Assembly (NCBI GenBank): GCA_052426225.1
Contig: JBNJNM010000006.1
Coordinates: 186,001 to 250,000, forward strand
From: Zancudomyces culisetae HAW-14-8
Taxonomy: Eukaryota; Fungi; Kickxellomycota
Direction: 5' to 3'
DNA: 64,000 nucleotides
Positions 47,700-60,539 of the stretch are shown here, piece after piece. Under the pieces are notes generated by a model. That model ran no database searches, had not been told where the DNA came from, and saw only the letters and a program-made list of their open reading frames with translations. How positions within the stretch are numbered: position 1 is the stretch's first letter; the number at the start of each line of letters is the position of its first letter. The translations under genes were made by a program, and so were the position numbers.

Positions 47700-49349
47700 A
47701 TGGAAAAAGAAATCAAAGAATTGAAGCAGGTGAATACGAACCTAAATAAATATACCGGTTCCGCCATTGACGAGCACCCAGGTGTTCAAATAAACGTGCA
47801 AAATGATACCAACGAGGAAGAAAACAACGACGATCCAAGGGTGCCCAAGAAAATAGTGCTTTTGGCTATGATAGGGTTGAGTTCTGGATTCTTTTTAGTG
47901 ACGCTTAACAACACAATCGTTTCAACTGCACTTCCAACAATAGCAACGGATTTGGACTCATTCTCAATGATATCCTGGGTGGTAACTTCGTTTCTGTTAA
48001 CATCAACGGTTTTTCAGCCTATATACTGTAAAGTAGCAGAGATATTCGAAAAGAGAATAATGATATTGTTTGGACTATTCATGTTTGAGGTTGGGTGTTT
48101 GCTGTGTGGAATGTCAAATAGTATTATTATGCTGGTGATAGCCAGATTTATTGCAGGATTCGGTTCGGCAGGTGTGTTTGGATTGGTGATATTGAGCATT
48201 GCAGACCTAGTTCCGCTTAGAGAAAGAGGAAAATACGTAGGCATCAACAGTGCACTATTTGCTCTAAGCAGCGTTCTTGGGCCCTTAGTGGGTGGTTTTT
48301 TCACTGATAAGGTTTCCTGGAGATGGTGCTTTTATATAAACCTTCCGCTCGGGTTTGTCGCGTTTATTGTCATGTTTTTTGTACTACCTTTCAAGATGCC
48401 AAAAGGAAACCTGGTTGAAAAGTTGAAAACTATTGATTTTGTAGGAACCATAGTTTTTCTGGGGAGCTTTTTAATGATTATTTTGGGTCTGAATATGGGA
48501 GGAACCAAATACTCGTGGAACTCACCTGTGATTATCGGGCTTTTCGTAGGGGGAATTTTGCTACTTGTATTTTTTGTGTATGTGGAAATTAATATGGCAA
48601 AAGACCCTATTATTCCAATGGAAATATTCAAGATAAGGAATGTAACATTTATAACTATTGGTCAGTTCTGCGTAGGTGTCGGATTGTTTACCCTGATATA
48701 CTATTCACCAGTGTTCTACCATTTGATGTACAATGGTCCTGCAGTAAGCCAAGGTTTATTTTTATTACCAGCGTTGATCACCATGGTAACGTTTTCAATT
48801 GTAAGTGGATATGGAATCGCTATAACAGGAATTTATAGACCGGTTTTCTGGGTCGGTACTGCCGTTTTTACCATAGGAATGGCCCTGCTTGGAACAATGA
48901 AACAAACTACCCCAAGGGCCCTCCAATCTGTTTATCTAGCAGCTAGTGGGTTTGGGGCAGGTTGTTTGATACAAACCATGGTTGTAATTGCACAAGCATC
49001 AGTGACCAAGAGGTATGTTCTTGTTACTACATCCGTTGTGCAGTTTATGCGTATAATAGGTGGCACGTTTGGTGTTGCTATCGTCGCAACTGTGTTTAAT
49101 ACAACTTTGGCAAACAGTTTAGCATCTGTTGCCTTAGATTATCCCGAATATGCTGATCTTTTGAAACATGTTGTTGACAATTCCTCACTTGCATGGGATC
49201 CATCTCTCCCACTAGAGCTTCACACGCTCCTAATCTCTCATTTTACAAAGTCGATTAGCTATGTATACTTTACTGCTGTCCCGTTTCTAGCCATAGCTTT
49301 TGTTTGCACCCTTTTGATAAAACCTGTTTCCTTGGGCAAAAGAAAATAG
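47700..49349 (+). CDS. MFS drug:H+ antiporter, 14-TMS DHA2 family
   Basis: NNTIVSTALPTI, WVVTSFLL, D.VPLRERGKY.G, GPLVGG.FT..VSWRWCFYINLP, IDFVG and W.S..II.L motifs, with many hydrophobic helices. Confidence 0.93.
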   Translation: MEKEIKELKQVNTNLNKYTGSAIDEHPGVQINVQNDTNEEENNDDPRVPKKIVLLAMIGLSSGFFLVTLNNTIVSTALPTIATDLDSFSMISWVVTSFLLTSTVFQPIYCKVAEIFEKRIMILFGLFMFEVGCLLCGMSNSIIMLVIARFIAGFGSAGVFGLVILSIADLVPLRERGKYVGINSALFALSSVLGPLVGGFFTDKVSWRWCFYINLPLGFVAFIVMFFVLPFKMPKGNLVEKLKTIDFVGTIVFLGSFLMIILGLNMGGTKYSWNSPVIIGLFVGGILLLVFFVYVEINMAKDPIIPMEIFKIRNVTFITIGQFCVGVGLFTLIYYSPVFYHLMYNGPAVSQGLFLLPALITMVTFSIVSGYGIAITGIYRPVFWVGTAVFTIGMALLGTMKQTTPRALQSVYLAASGFGAGCLIQTMVVIAQASVTKRYVLVTTSVVQFMRIIGGTFGVAIVATVFNTTLANSLASVALDYPEYADLLKHVVDNSSLAWDPSLPLELHTLLISHFTKSISYVYFTAVPFLAIAFVCTLLIKPVSLGKRK

Positions 49350-49784
49350 TATTCTTTGAAAATAGAACGTATTTTATAGCTTTATTGCAGCGCCTCCATT
49401 GTTAATGTGTGGAAACTCAATAAAAAAAGCCCCCCCCCCCCCCCCCTTCACACTAGCTATTCAGTAGGTTAAGAAGCGTAGACGCTTTGATTTCTTTTTA
49501 GTGAACCATTTTATCTGCAAAATATAGACCAGTTAAGGCAAACAGACTCTGCCTCACTTGTCAGTAAGCTAAAAGACAATGATGATTGCACCTAAGATTG
49601 TAGCGCATACACAGTCAATCAACAAAACAAACAACACAAAGAGAAATAAAGAGATAAGACACATGAACCAAATAAGAAGGCGCTCGAAAAACAAATCTTT
49701 ATTAATACTATGGGAGCAAAAAAAAATTAAAAAATTCCAAGAACACAAAAGCTAAATGCACACATAAATACCAGGTAAATCAGC

Positions 49785-50492
49785 TTAAAGAGCAAGGATA
49801 CCGGCAATGAATGAGAATCCCAACAATACCTTGGCAACTACAACGGATGAAGCAGATGATGGTGTAGTTGTTGATGATGATGATGGTGTGCTAGATTTTG
49901 AGGAGGTTGAGTTTGATGAGGCGGTGGAGTGGGTAGATGATGAAGAACCTGATGTAGCTGAAGCAGTTGAGTTGGTGGCAGACTCAGTGGTCTCAGCAGA
50001 GTCGGTGGTTGCAGCAGAATCAGTTGAGTTGGTGGCAGAATCAGTGGCTTCAGCAGAGTCAGTGGTTGCAGCAGAGTCAGTGGTTGCAGCAGAGTCAGTG
50101 GTTGCAGCAGACTCGGTTGTCTCAGCAGAATCAGTGGTTGCAGCAGAATCAGTGGTTGCAGCAGATTCAGTGGTTGCAGCAGATTCAGTAGTTGCAGCAG
50201 ACTCGGTGGTTGCAGCAGATTCAGTAGTTGCAGCAGACTCGGTGGTTGCAGCAGATTCAGTGGTTGCAGCAGAGTTTGAAGGAATGGCTACAGCAGCGGC
50301 ACACTGGGCAACGTTCTTGATGTCGTAGCCACAAGCGGTTCCAGCTGGGCATTGGGCTCTGACGAGAACACCGTTGTCACAGTAGCTAATGATGTTTACA
50401 TCGACACAGAAAGCATCTACGTTACAGGTCTCTTGGGAGAGTACTGAGGATGAAGCAGACAATGCTAGTACGGCGAAGTTTGTGAATTTCAT
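49785..50492 (-). CDS. Secreted GPI-anchored wall protein with CBM19-like Cys domain and Ser/Thr stalk
   Basis: Signal peptide, then TCNVDAFC..ISYCDNG....QCPAGTAC (fungal CBM19-like spacing), about 17 x 18-bp SAATT[E/D] repeats, and a C-terminal omega-site region with a hydrophobic tail. Confidence 0.8.
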   Translation of the reverse strand: MKFTNFAVLALSASSSVLSQETCNVDAFCVDVNIISYCDNGVLVRAQCPAGTACGYDIKNVAQCAAAVAIPSNSAATTESAATTESAATTESAATTESAATTESAATTESAATTDSAATTDSAETTESAATTDSAATTDSAATTDSAEATDSATNSTDSAATTDSAETTESATNSTASATSGSSSSTHSTASSNSTSSKSSTPSSSSTTTPSSASSVVVAKVLLGFSFIAGILAL

Positions 50493-53027
50493 TTTTGAAT
50501 ATTTGTCGTTTATAAGTTAGTTAATCAAGTTGATTCGTTCCCTTGGGAGTATAATGACTAAAACGCTTAAGTTAGGGTTCTAAAGATTGCAGTTACGGCA
50601 CAAATATGCACTATCGAGCTATCAGGAATAAAGTATTTAATAGACCTTTTTTAAAAAAGCTAATTATGTCTACCTAGGGCAGTGTGGTTTTAATTTCTTT
50701 TTATACCAAAAACTTTCTATTGCTGACACTTTTCTTTTTTTGAGAGTTTAGATTAGCTTTGAGTTTAGTTCAAGTTTGTGTCATTGTAGTTTATGATTAC
50801 TATTGGACTATTCGAACGCTTTAGAAATCAATGTAATAAAATGGTCTAATTATGTAATCAAAGGCTATCCGGCTATAGTAAACGCAGAAAAGCAGAATCC
50901 CAAGACAAAAAAAATTTTTTAATCCCCAAACCATATAAAATCCATGTCGAATCATGGTTAAGTGACGGTCGCTTTTAATTTTTTTTGATAATGTAGCTTT
51001 GGTAATAACTTACTTTATCAAAATCCACTTTAAATAATGTGGTTTGCCAATACATGAAAATACATGTATTAAGGCTAGGTATCTTCCGTATTTTGTGCAG
51101 TTTAGTATGCCACTAAAAAGGTTTTTACTACTCACCGTTATTTTTACTAGACAATGTATTTACGCTGATTACTAATATCAATCTATTTTTAGTATTAAAA
51201 TGCAGTTATTGTTGCAAAAGTGTATTGGATATTAGTAGTTTTTGGAACTACAATAACGTGTAATCCGATTTCAGTCGTGAATTTTATTTTCTCAAGTTTA
51301 TTGTCAACTCCAATGATCTGCATAAAAAAAGCAATTTCAAATTATAACGGTTAGAAATTCAACTCTATGGAATATAAATCGTATAAATCACGTAAATTGT
51401 ACAAAAAGCTATTGTTTTAATTTTTTTTTGGTTGGGCGCTTTTGTGTTGATCCATAATTCACGATCAATATTATCTAAAAATCCATTTTGGGGGTTTTGC
51501 GGATGGAATGATTCTATGTAGTTCCAATTTGTAATTATATTGATAAATAAATTTAGGAAAGATAAATATAGAAGAAAAACGAATGTAGTAAATTCTGGGC
51601 CGACAATGCAATATCACTACCGTCTATATCGTAGCAGCCCTTGTGATAGCATGGAAGGTGATGAGAAGTTGGTCAAGAAAAAGGTATGTGGATGGAAAGC
51701 GGTAGAAAGGAAAAAAAAAGGAAAAGCGCAAAAAAAGCACATGAATGTTGTTTTATTTAGTCTTGATACCACGACTTTTTCAACCCCAAATAAATGTTGG
51801 GGGCTTGAGTATTGGTGGGAGAAGTGGAAATCTGCAAATTTAAATGAGTGGTGGGAAAGCACTAAAACTTTTAAAGTGCAACTTTGCTACTTTCCCAGCA
51901 ATATTGTTCATGTAATACATGAATGTCACCTTAATAATCATTGTTTTTGTCGCTGTCGCTGTTGTGTTGTATTAAAATTTATTGCTATTATTGAGATTTA
52001 GAGACGCAAATTGGCAATCAATATATACCATAATGAATTTCAAAGTGAAAATAAAAATAAAAACAAAAACAAAAAGAGAATAAGAATGATAATGAGAATG
52101 TTTTTATTTACTTTGTGTAAAAAACAGGGACACACAAAATGCTGCTCTTTGTAAGAGCCTCAAAAAACGAGATGTTCATTAGCAATTGCCTTATACCCTT
52201 TACATCTGAGACAATTTCCAAAAATAAAAAAAAGTGTCTCAACCCGGGTAGAATAAACTTGCAGAGTCAGTTATATACTCTCACTGCTCCTATGTCATAT
52301 TCCTAGAGGTGCAAATACAATCTTTGACAGTTATGAACCAAAGTCATTTGATCAATTATACACTACTTAAAAGACAAGCACGCATCCCAAAGAATGGTAT
52401 GCTTTATTTTTGTTTTTATTAGTTACAGCCCAGCACAGAGAAATGCCATTTTCGGCAAGATGGTAAAATAAAGACCCTGGTTTCTATGCTATTTTTATAT
52501 TAAATTCACACAAACCAAAACAGATAGATGTTTTTTTAAATAGCATTTGGTGAAGAAAGTTGGCTTTACAGGACATATTGTTTGTAAAAATCCCGAAGTT
52601 TTAAACACATCTTTCGTAGTTACAGCTAGCAAGCCTAAAATGCAGGGTATAACATTGATGATAAACTAGCATTCAAATACCCGCAAGATTGGACAGGTGT
52701 TGATTGGCCTATTTACTTATTTAGCATTCATTGAAACGATATGCAGTTTGGCACTTTGGTTCGTAAAGAGGAATATATGTTGACCAAGGAACTGGATGTG
52801 AACGTACCATTAGATCTGGTTGATTCACACGCTCATTATGTCGATTTTCTTCTCCCTCTTCTTATTTTCTTTCTCTCCCCCCTCCACTCCAAACACAAAT
52901 ACGATCCACAAGAAACTAGTGCATGATCGAAATAAACCATGCTTATAATCCTTTTAATCGTTATTATTATTATTATCAATACTATTTTTTCCTTGCATAT
53001 GACAATGTAATCATAGGTATTACAAGA

Positions 53028-56000
53028 TCAGATAATAGAACTTCTATATGTGGTAATAAACGATTCCGCATTTTTAATGACGGAGTTTGGAACACCAGCA
53101 AGAGCTGCCACATACAAACCATGTGAGTTTGTACAAATCCCAGGCAATACCTTATGGATAAAAGTAAAATGCAGAGAGTTAGAGGTGGGATCAATTTGAT
53201 CCTGAATAGCGGTATGCATAAGTTTCAGCTTGTCAAAGCTAATGGGGAGAGGAGATGATGTGGTAGTACTGGAAGAGATAGTCGGAGAAGAAGAAGAGGG
53301 AGTAGAAGAGGAAGAAGAAGGGGATAAAGAGGAGTTGAGATAAAATGAGTTATGATCAAATGAAAATGGGAGCCGATGGGAAAAAAACTTGCTAACAATT
53401 TCATGATAGTGTGTAGCAAACAAACACAGAGGCTTGATATTTTCATGAAGATAAGCAAGTGTCGCATAGGCAATAGCCATACCATCGGCTGTAGACGTGC
53501 CCCGCCCAACTTCATCCATAATAACCAACGAATTACTGGTAGCATGTTTAAGGATATCAGCAGTCTCCAACATCTCTACCATAAACGTTGACTGATTCAG
53601 GGCAAGGTTATCATGTGCACCAATACGTGTGTAGATCGAATCTACAATTTTTAGGGCGGCATTTTCGGCAGGTACAAAAGAACCCATCTGGGCCATTACC
53701 GAAATAAGTGCAACTTGTCGGAGATAAGTACTTTTTCCTCCCATGTTTGGGCCAGTTAATAATGTTATATGACAGTTAGAGTCGAATACACAGTCGTTGG
53801 GAACAAATTGGATACCATTTTCGCTTAACCGGAGCTCGACCACAGGATGTCGGCCGGAAATGATCGAATGGTCGTAGTTTTTATCTGGCAAAACCATATC
53901 ATCACTGGATTTACCGTTTATATTGAATGTAGGACGTGTATACCCTCGTTCAACAGCAACTTTTGCAAGGCAACAACTGACATCTAAAACACTGAGCGTG
54001 CTACAATTTGATTTAATTTGGTTGTGAGACTCCAGGACAAGAATTTTCAACATGTTAAAAACGTTTTGTTCTTCCAGCTGAATTTGTTCATGAAGTAGGT
54101 CAAGCTGTGCCAGTAGTAGAGCCATTTTTTTGTGTGTATATTTGGACTTGCCCTTGAGCGATTGGAGTTGAATAAGTTCAGGATCACCCAATTGTTCAAT
54201 TTTTAGGGCGTCCCGTTTTGAAACCTCCAAATAGCCTGAGCTAAAATTTGAGTGAAAATTGCTCGAAAATAAAAAGGATTTAGAAGCCGAAAATGTGCTG
54301 TTAATTGGGCTACCATTTGAAGACCCAGCCACTAGGCGAGAAGATGTAGGCGAATGCGAAGCTAAAGTGGAAGTCGAAGATATCGGGGATGGTGAGGAAA
54401 GAACCAATTTCAGAGAGGGAGCATTGTATTTGTTTTGTAATGTCATTACCAATTCATCTTTAGCCTCGTTTAATACTGCTAGTCGGCCAGAAAGGAGGGA
54501 TAGACTCTCAGTACAGTTGGGCTTTAGGAAGCCATAGGCCTGCAATCCGGTTTTGGCGGGGATGTCTTGGCGAATGTGAGTAAATATTTGATGCCGAATG
54601 TGTTGCAAGGGGTCCAATCTTTGTATTGTTTTTATAGAGTCACCAATAATATCAAGCAGCTTGGGATCCTCAATAACGATATTCTCAGACGATAAAAAGG
54701 ATAATAGTTCCGAAAATTCAAAACTTAAATCAGCATCAGCATTACCAGCAGCATTACCATCACCCAGATTCTCAGTTGGTGAGTTTGAATCAAGCTCCAA
54801 TCTTGATGGGTTAACCAGCACCCATATTTGGTTAAGCATTCGCTTTAAGGTATATCCCAAGCTATCCTTAATTTTTTCAACGGCATGTAGAGTATGTTGG
54901 ATGCACAAAAGATCTATGGGCCCGCCAATATCCAGCGATAGTCGCTGCACAGCCCTTTCAGCATCTTTGACAAGAAGCAGACTTTTGCGGATTTCATGAA
55001 TTGCCTGTGTATTGCGCGCAAAAAGATCAACCAGATTTAGCCGCTGCTCAATGACTTGGTAAGAAGTTGAGGGCGACGTTAGACGCTCAGTGAGCAGTCT
55101 GGATCCACTCTTGGTGCATGTATAGTCAAGCTCACCCACGAGTGTGCTGTTTACGACCCCACCACCCGCATTGCCATTTTCAGAAGACGTATTCGAGGCT
55201 GTGGTCGAGGCCCTGGACGTTACGAGTGCACCTGCATACATACTTTCTATGGGCTTCACTAGTTCCAACGCAGCTATTGTAGATGGATTCATTCGAACAT
55301 TCATTGTCTGCAAAAATTTTATTGGTTGTTGCAACAGCGGAAGTCTCCCGGCTTGGGTAGAAGCTATGTAGTTTAGAAGACCCACTGATGCATAATACTC
55401 GTTCTTGTACTCAGCAGAATCAGTATCTCCACCTGTTTGCTCGTTTCCAAGAAGCGATGATAAAAGCGCCTCGTACTGGGCCCTGGTTTCGGTCTCTTGC
55501 CCTGCTAGTTCACCTGATACTTCATCCTGCATTCCAAATAGCTCTGAATCGTCTAAAGACTGGTACGTTCCTGAGCTGAGATTACTTCCTGGCGATTGTG
55601 GGTCCTGCAGCTGATAGTTTCCTTCGTCAAACATATGGCTTCCCAAGACCGTTATTGTGGGACCACAATTAGTAGCTCGTGTGTTCGTTAACATACTGTT
55701 TCTATGTATGTTTTTTTGAAGCTTGTCTTCGCGATTGAATTGGCCAGAAATTGGTGATATTATATTGGCTGGCTTGTAGGTCTCATTGATGGCACTAAAT
55801 GGATATATATTTTTGAGCTCAACAAGTATCTCCTCTGCGCTTTGATCGACTACTATTTCGCGAGGTCGGATGCGCGCCATATCAGCGCTCAAGTCTTCAA
55901 CGTTTGTGGTTGCAGTTACAAAGTCACCGGTCGTGATATCAATCCAAGCGAGTCCAACATCCTTAGCGCTAGATTTGCTATTCTTGAATACACAAATAAT

Positions 56001-57500
56001 GTACTGATGACCACTGCTAAAATAATTATTTTCGCGAATACTTTGGTCAAAATCACTTTCTAAGCTTTCACCCAATTCGGCAGACATGCTCTGAACATCC
56101 TGCTGCTCCCCTAACTCCGTATCCATGCGATCAGCACTATTTACATAATTTTGATATCCATTGTTTTCATTCGAGGACTGAATGTCGCTCGATGAAAGCA
56201 TCCAAGTTCCTGGTGTAAAGATCCTGGTGACCTTTCGTATAAACACTGGCCGATCTTTGACTCTGAATTGATTGCACAATGCCACCGACTTTCCGTATTT
56301 CATCACTAAAAGCTCCAAATATCGCTCCAGACTGCGTGCTGGAAAACCTGTAAATCGTACCGAATCAGCCTTCCCATATTTTTTATCCACTACCTGCAGG
56401 CCCAACAGAGCCCCTCCTATCTCATCGGCCTGGTTATAGTATAATTCATAAAAGTCTCCAACTCTAGTCAGCAACACACAATGAGGATATTTTTTGAGGT
56501 TTTCTCTTACACCTCTTAACACCACGCTATTTGAGTGACCTCTCTCCCCGGTTACGAGCGGCTCTACTGCGTCCATTTCTCCCACTGCACAAGCATTATT
56601 TGCATCTGTATACTCCTGAGTATTTTCTTCAAGTAAGTCATCGTCTTTAAGTCTTACACCTGACCAAGCTGGTGCGTTCTCATTTTCGACCATACCTCTA
56701 TGTGGATTCACCTCCGACTCTGTGTCTAGCTTTTCTTGCTCAGTATCGCAAAGCTTTGATGCTATACTGGGTTTAGATATACCTGCAGCAGTAGGCTTGG
56801 TTTTGGTTTTGGTTTTGGTTTTGGCTTTAGTTTTAGTTTTAGTTTTAGCTTTAGTCTTAGTCTTAGAGCAGGAATCGGATTTAGACTTTGATGCTATCAC
56901 ACTAGTCTCCTCGTCGTCATCGTGGTTCTCAAGCTCATCGATACTCTTCTTCTTCCCTCTCTTCTTTACAGCTGTTTTTCGTAGCCCTTGTTCTTGGATT
57001 TTTGAGACTTCCTTCGTATTATCCTTTATTCGTTCTTCTTCGATCGCAGTGTGTGGCTGATCAAGACTCGTGAACTCTTTAGTATTTTTTTCCAAGGAAA
57101 CTGGATCATATCCTTGACGAGTTTCTTGTTCCATGTTGTTCGTTATACATTTTGTGGTAGATGGCTCAACTTTATCAGCGTCTTGAACAATCTTCTTTTT
57201 TCTACCTCTTTTCTTTACTACCACAGTTTCTTTAATCTCGACGACCGGGATTTCGTCTTGATTTTTAGCCTTTTTTGTTCTATACCCATGTAACTGTATA
57301 CGATGAAAATCACTTTTAAGAATCCCTTTTAAGGCTGGATAAAGTTTGTTATTGTAAAATTGTGATTTTGAAAGTCCCAGATACAACCTCTTATTCCAGT
57401 ATATACTCCTTGTCACAGCAGTGCTTGCAGGATTTATTGAACACAGATTGCTTTTCGGCAATGCTATCAAGCTATGCCGCACTACTTGACCATTTTTCAT
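53028..57500 (-). CDS. MSH1: Mitochondrial MutS homolog
   Basis: Targeting-type N-terminus, VLLTRVGDFYELY (domain I), RKVTRIFTPGT, GLAWIDITTGDF, GRHPVVE, TGPNMGGKSTYLRQ, STFMVEM, DEVGRGTS, FATHYHE and SHGLYVAALAG motifs. Confidence 0.93.
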   Translation of the reverse strand: MKNGQVVRHSLIALPKSNLCSINPASTAVTRSIYWNKRLYLGLSKSQFYNNKLYPALKGILKSDFHRIQLHGYRTKKAKNQDEIPVVEIKETVVVKKRGRKKKIVQDADKVEPSTTKCITNNMEQETRQGYDPVSLEKNTKEFTSLDQPHTAIEEERIKDNTKEVSKIQEQGLRKTAVKKRGKKKSIDELENHDDDEETSVIASKSKSDSCSKTKTKAKTKTKTKAKTKTKTKTKPTAAGISKPSIASKLCDTEQEKLDTESEVNPHRGMVENENAPAWSGVRLKDDDLLEENTQEYTDANNACAVGEMDAVEPLVTGERGHSNSVVLRGVRENLKKYPHCVLLTRVGDFYELYYNQADEIGGALLGLQVVDKKYGKADSVRFTGFPARSLERYLELLVMKYGKSVALCNQFRVKDRPVFIRKVTRIFTPGTWMLSSSDIQSSNENNGYQNYVNSADRMDTELGEQQDVQSMSAELGESLESDFDQSIRENNYFSSGHQYIICVFKNSKSSAKDVGLAWIDITTGDFVTATTNVEDLSADMARIRPREIVVDQSAEEILVELKNIYPFSAINETYKPANIISPISGQFNREDKLQKNIHRNSMLTNTRATNCGPTITVLGSHMFDEGNYQLQDPQSPGSNLSSGTYQSLDDSELFGMQDEVSGELAGQETETRAQYEALLSSLLGNEQTGGDTDSAEYKNEYYASVGLLNYIASTQAGRLPLLQQPIKFLQTMNVRMNPSTIAALELVKPIESMYAGALVTSRASTTASNTSSENGNAGGGVVNSTLVGELDYTCTKSGSRLLTERLTSPSTSYQVIEQRLNLVDLFARNTQAIHEIRKSLLLVKDAERAVQRLSLDIGGPIDLLCIQHTLHAVEKIKDSLGYTLKRMLNQIWVLVNPSRLELDSNSPTENLGDGNAAGNADADLSFEFSELLSFLSSENIVIEDPKLLDIIGDSIKTIQRLDPLQHIRHQIFTHIRQDIPAKTGLQAYGFLKPNCTESLSLLSGRLAVLNEAKDELVMTLQNKYNAPSLKLVLSSPSPISSTSTLASHSPTSSRLVAGSSNGSPINSTFSASKSFLFSSNFHSNFSSGYLEVSKRDALKIEQLGDPELIQLQSLKGKSKYTHKKMALLLAQLDLLHEQIQLEEQNVFNMLKILVLESHNQIKSNCSTLSVLDVSCCLAKVAVERGYTRPTFNINGKSSDDMVLPDKNYDHSIISGRHPVVELRLSENGIQFVPNDCVFDSNCHITLLTGPNMGGKSTYLRQVALISVMAQMGSFVPAENAALKIVDSIYTRIGAHDNLALNQSTFMVEMLETADILKHATSNSLVIMDEVGRGTSTADGMAIAYATLAYLHENIKPLCLFATHYHEIVSKFFSHRLPFSFDHNSFYLNSSLSPSSSSSTPSSSSPTISSSTTTSSPLPISFDKLKLMHTAIQDQIDPTSNSLHFTFIHKVLPGICTNSHGLYVAALAGVPNSVIKNAESFITTYRSSII

Positions 57501-58225
57501 TTTAGATTTTAGATTTTATGTTGCTGTATAAAGATTTTTGACTCTAATGTATGCTACAAATGGTATTATATAAACTCGTATCCCAAATTCCCATGGTCAT
57601 CTACAATTCTCAGTAAATCTCTAGTAAATCTTGTGTTCAACCAAGTATTAACTCTGTACAGTACAGTTTCGCAGAACCACCTGTCGCTAGTTACTCTCTC
57701 TGAGCATCAAATTGGAGTTTTTGTATATTCCAATTTAGATTGTAAATTCAAATCTATTATATAATGAATAACAGCAAACTTGTTTCTATACCAGCTTATA
57801 TCAATGTGCAACTCCATTGGATGGTTTTGTCTTTTTTGTTGTTGGAACTTTGGCTACCCCACTTCCCCCTCCTCCTCCCCTCAAATTTGCATGATTATTT
57901 TTCAGAGTGGGTAATGTTACTGAAATAGAGATCAGAATCAAAAAATTTCATGGTCAACAATGTGCACAATAATAAAATAAAGTCAGATTAGATTGTTTAT
58001 CAAGAGAAATAAAAGTTTATTTAACAACAGTTCGTTTAAACCCTTAGAGTAAAAAAAAGAAAAATGTCCACAAATAAATATAAACTTGACAGATTGCCCA
58101 AAAAGTATACTTTGTAGTAAAAACCAACATTAATGATAGCCAGCTGGCGAGCCAGACTCACTCAAGCATATTCATGCTCTTGGACTCCTCTTTTTCCTCA
58201 TACGGGTTCTTTCTTTTTGCTAGAT

Positions 58226-59078
58226 TTACTCGAGTTTGGCAAGGATTTCGCTCTCGTGCATTAGCAAGTAGTCGGTCTAATTAAAAGTCGTACAATTTCA
58301 GTTAACACACCCAAGTTAAAATTAAAAAGATAGTCGTTTTGTTCATAGTTTCATTTTTGAACAAAAAAATATAAATAAAGAATGTATCGAAGAGTATTTT
58401 ACCTCGTTCTTGGAATCAATTTTAACACTGCTTCCCCCGTAGCTTGGAAGTAATACTCTATCACCAGGCTTAAGATTCATTGGAATTTGTTTACCATCCT
58501 ACAGATCGACAAAACCAGCACAAATATGAGTTTTTTTTTGTTCTTAATTAAACTTTTGAAAATATCCAAAGGGTGCCTTTTCTTTTATCTATTCCTCCCT
58601 TCCATTACAAATAAAATAAAGCAATCTTACATTGGCAACTTTTCCTGGTCCTACAGCGATGACAATGCCTTCTGGCAATTTTTCGACAGACTTTTCAGGC
58701 AGGAAAATTCCGGTTGAGGTTTTCTAATTGATAATAAATAAAACAAATTTAGAGATTTTATATCCTTCCATGTATAAGATCTATCCACACATCAGATAAA
58801 CACCTTCAAAAAGGGGAAAAGTAGACAGTTAATATAAATGCATGGCGATAATAAAAGAAACTTACGGTGACGGCCTTGCATCTTTCAATCAATACACGGT
58901 CCAAAAGTGGGGTAACCCTTTTAATGTTGAACAATTGTCTTGAGGCAAACTATTTGGTGTGTTAGAAGAATATATTTATCGATTGTACATTGGTATCTTG
59001 TATAGCAGTGCATCCACTTTTTCCGATTGTGTCCTTTGTATTGCTATATTGGTAAAAGGTAGATTTGAAACTTACCAT
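58226..59078 (-). CDS. HSP10: Mitochondrial co-chaperonin Hsp10; exons 59078-59076, 58949-58866, 58723-58631, 58498-58403, 58276-58226
   Basis: Hand-spliced: M|FASRQLFNIKRVTPLLDRVLIERCKAVT|KTSTGIFLPEKSVEKLPEGIVIAVGPGKVAN|DGKQIPMNLKPGDRVLLPSYGGSSVKIDSKNE|TDYLLMHESEILAKLE. All introns are GT-AG, phase 0. Absent from the ORF track. Confidence 0.96.
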
Positions 59079-60539
59079 CTCTAGTATATTTTTTATCTTT
59101 TGCTTTATTTTTTGCTATTAAAACACTTCAATTGTAAAGATTTCCAAGAAAAATGGTTCAGATATATAAAAATTTGGGCATAAATTTTTTTTTTCTCTTT
59201 TCAAATTCATTCGCAAAGCATAAATTGCGCTTCAACCCACACAGAGCAAATATTTTAAATCACAACAACACTGAAATATAACATCTTGAAGGCCAGAGCT
59301 ACCAGTTACAAGTTACATGATATCGCAAATCAGTTGCAACAGGAGCTAGTGTGGGAAATATAGGGGATTATTTAGAACAGGTCAGTACAAAATAGAATGT
59401 TATAGACCTTGAACAGTTTGAGATGCATAGTCCTAATGCACTGCATTGGATGGGAACCATTAAAGGGGCTAATTTTGCATACTGAATACATCCATGAAAC
59501 TGTGTAGATAGCAAATTCTGCTGATAGGAGTCGCGTGAAGGAAGGGGAAGGGGAAGGGGAAGAAAAAGTGGAAAGCACCACGGACCTTGATGAAATTACG
59601 TACTCAGCATTCCATAATTTGTATCATTACATCTCATTATGAGTGGTGAATTGGAATATTTGCTATATGCTTATAGAATCCTGTAGAAAAAAAAATTGAT
59701 AAATATTACCAAATTCACACATTGTTTTTACTTTCGCCCTTTCCTCTCCCCTTGTTTAGCGCGAGGGGAAAATTTTTTTTTGCCATTGAAAAATAAAAAT
59801 AAAAAACTAAAAGCAGCAGTAATATGCGAATAATTGAATTGGATCTTAATTTAATTTTGGTCAAAGTTTTTTGATCAAACCAAATTTCGATGAATTTAAA
59901 CTCTACAAAAATTGATATAGTTGTAAAGCTGTGCTGGAAAAAGCAAAAAAAAATAAAAAAAGTTATTGGTTTTGATTCGTAAAGCGCTAATAGATAACAG
60001 CAGCATTTTCGATTGGAGAAATTTGAATCTCCTAGTTTGGCTTGAGTCTGGCCGCTTTTTTTTAGAGAGTGTTATTGTGAGGAATGTGGTGGAAAAAGTG
60101 GATAATAGTGGGTTCGTGGATTTCGGAGGAAGGTGATGGAAATGTGGGGGCTATTCGAATGCCAAAGTTAGTGATAGTTTTCAATTTTTTTTTCTTTTTT
60201 TGCGATTTTGATGGTCTGTTTTAATTTAATAGTTCATTACGAAATCATAAAAATAAGGGGGGGAAGAGGCGAGGGTTGGCAGAGGGAACAATCAGCAAAT
60301 CGAAAAACCCAAATTGAGGAAATATAGGTATTTCAGTTTCCATGAAAATACAAGGAATCTTTCGCCTGAACCGAGCATGCAAATAAATTATAAAATAAAT
60401 AAATAAATAGAGGTTTTTTTAGATTTTCAAGTAAAGTTTCCTTTAAAAGTCTGAAGAATCTAGAAAATAGGACAAAAAAATTTTTTTGTTTAAAAGATAA
60501 AGAACTCTAGGCAAAAAAAATAATACGAAATAAAGAAAA

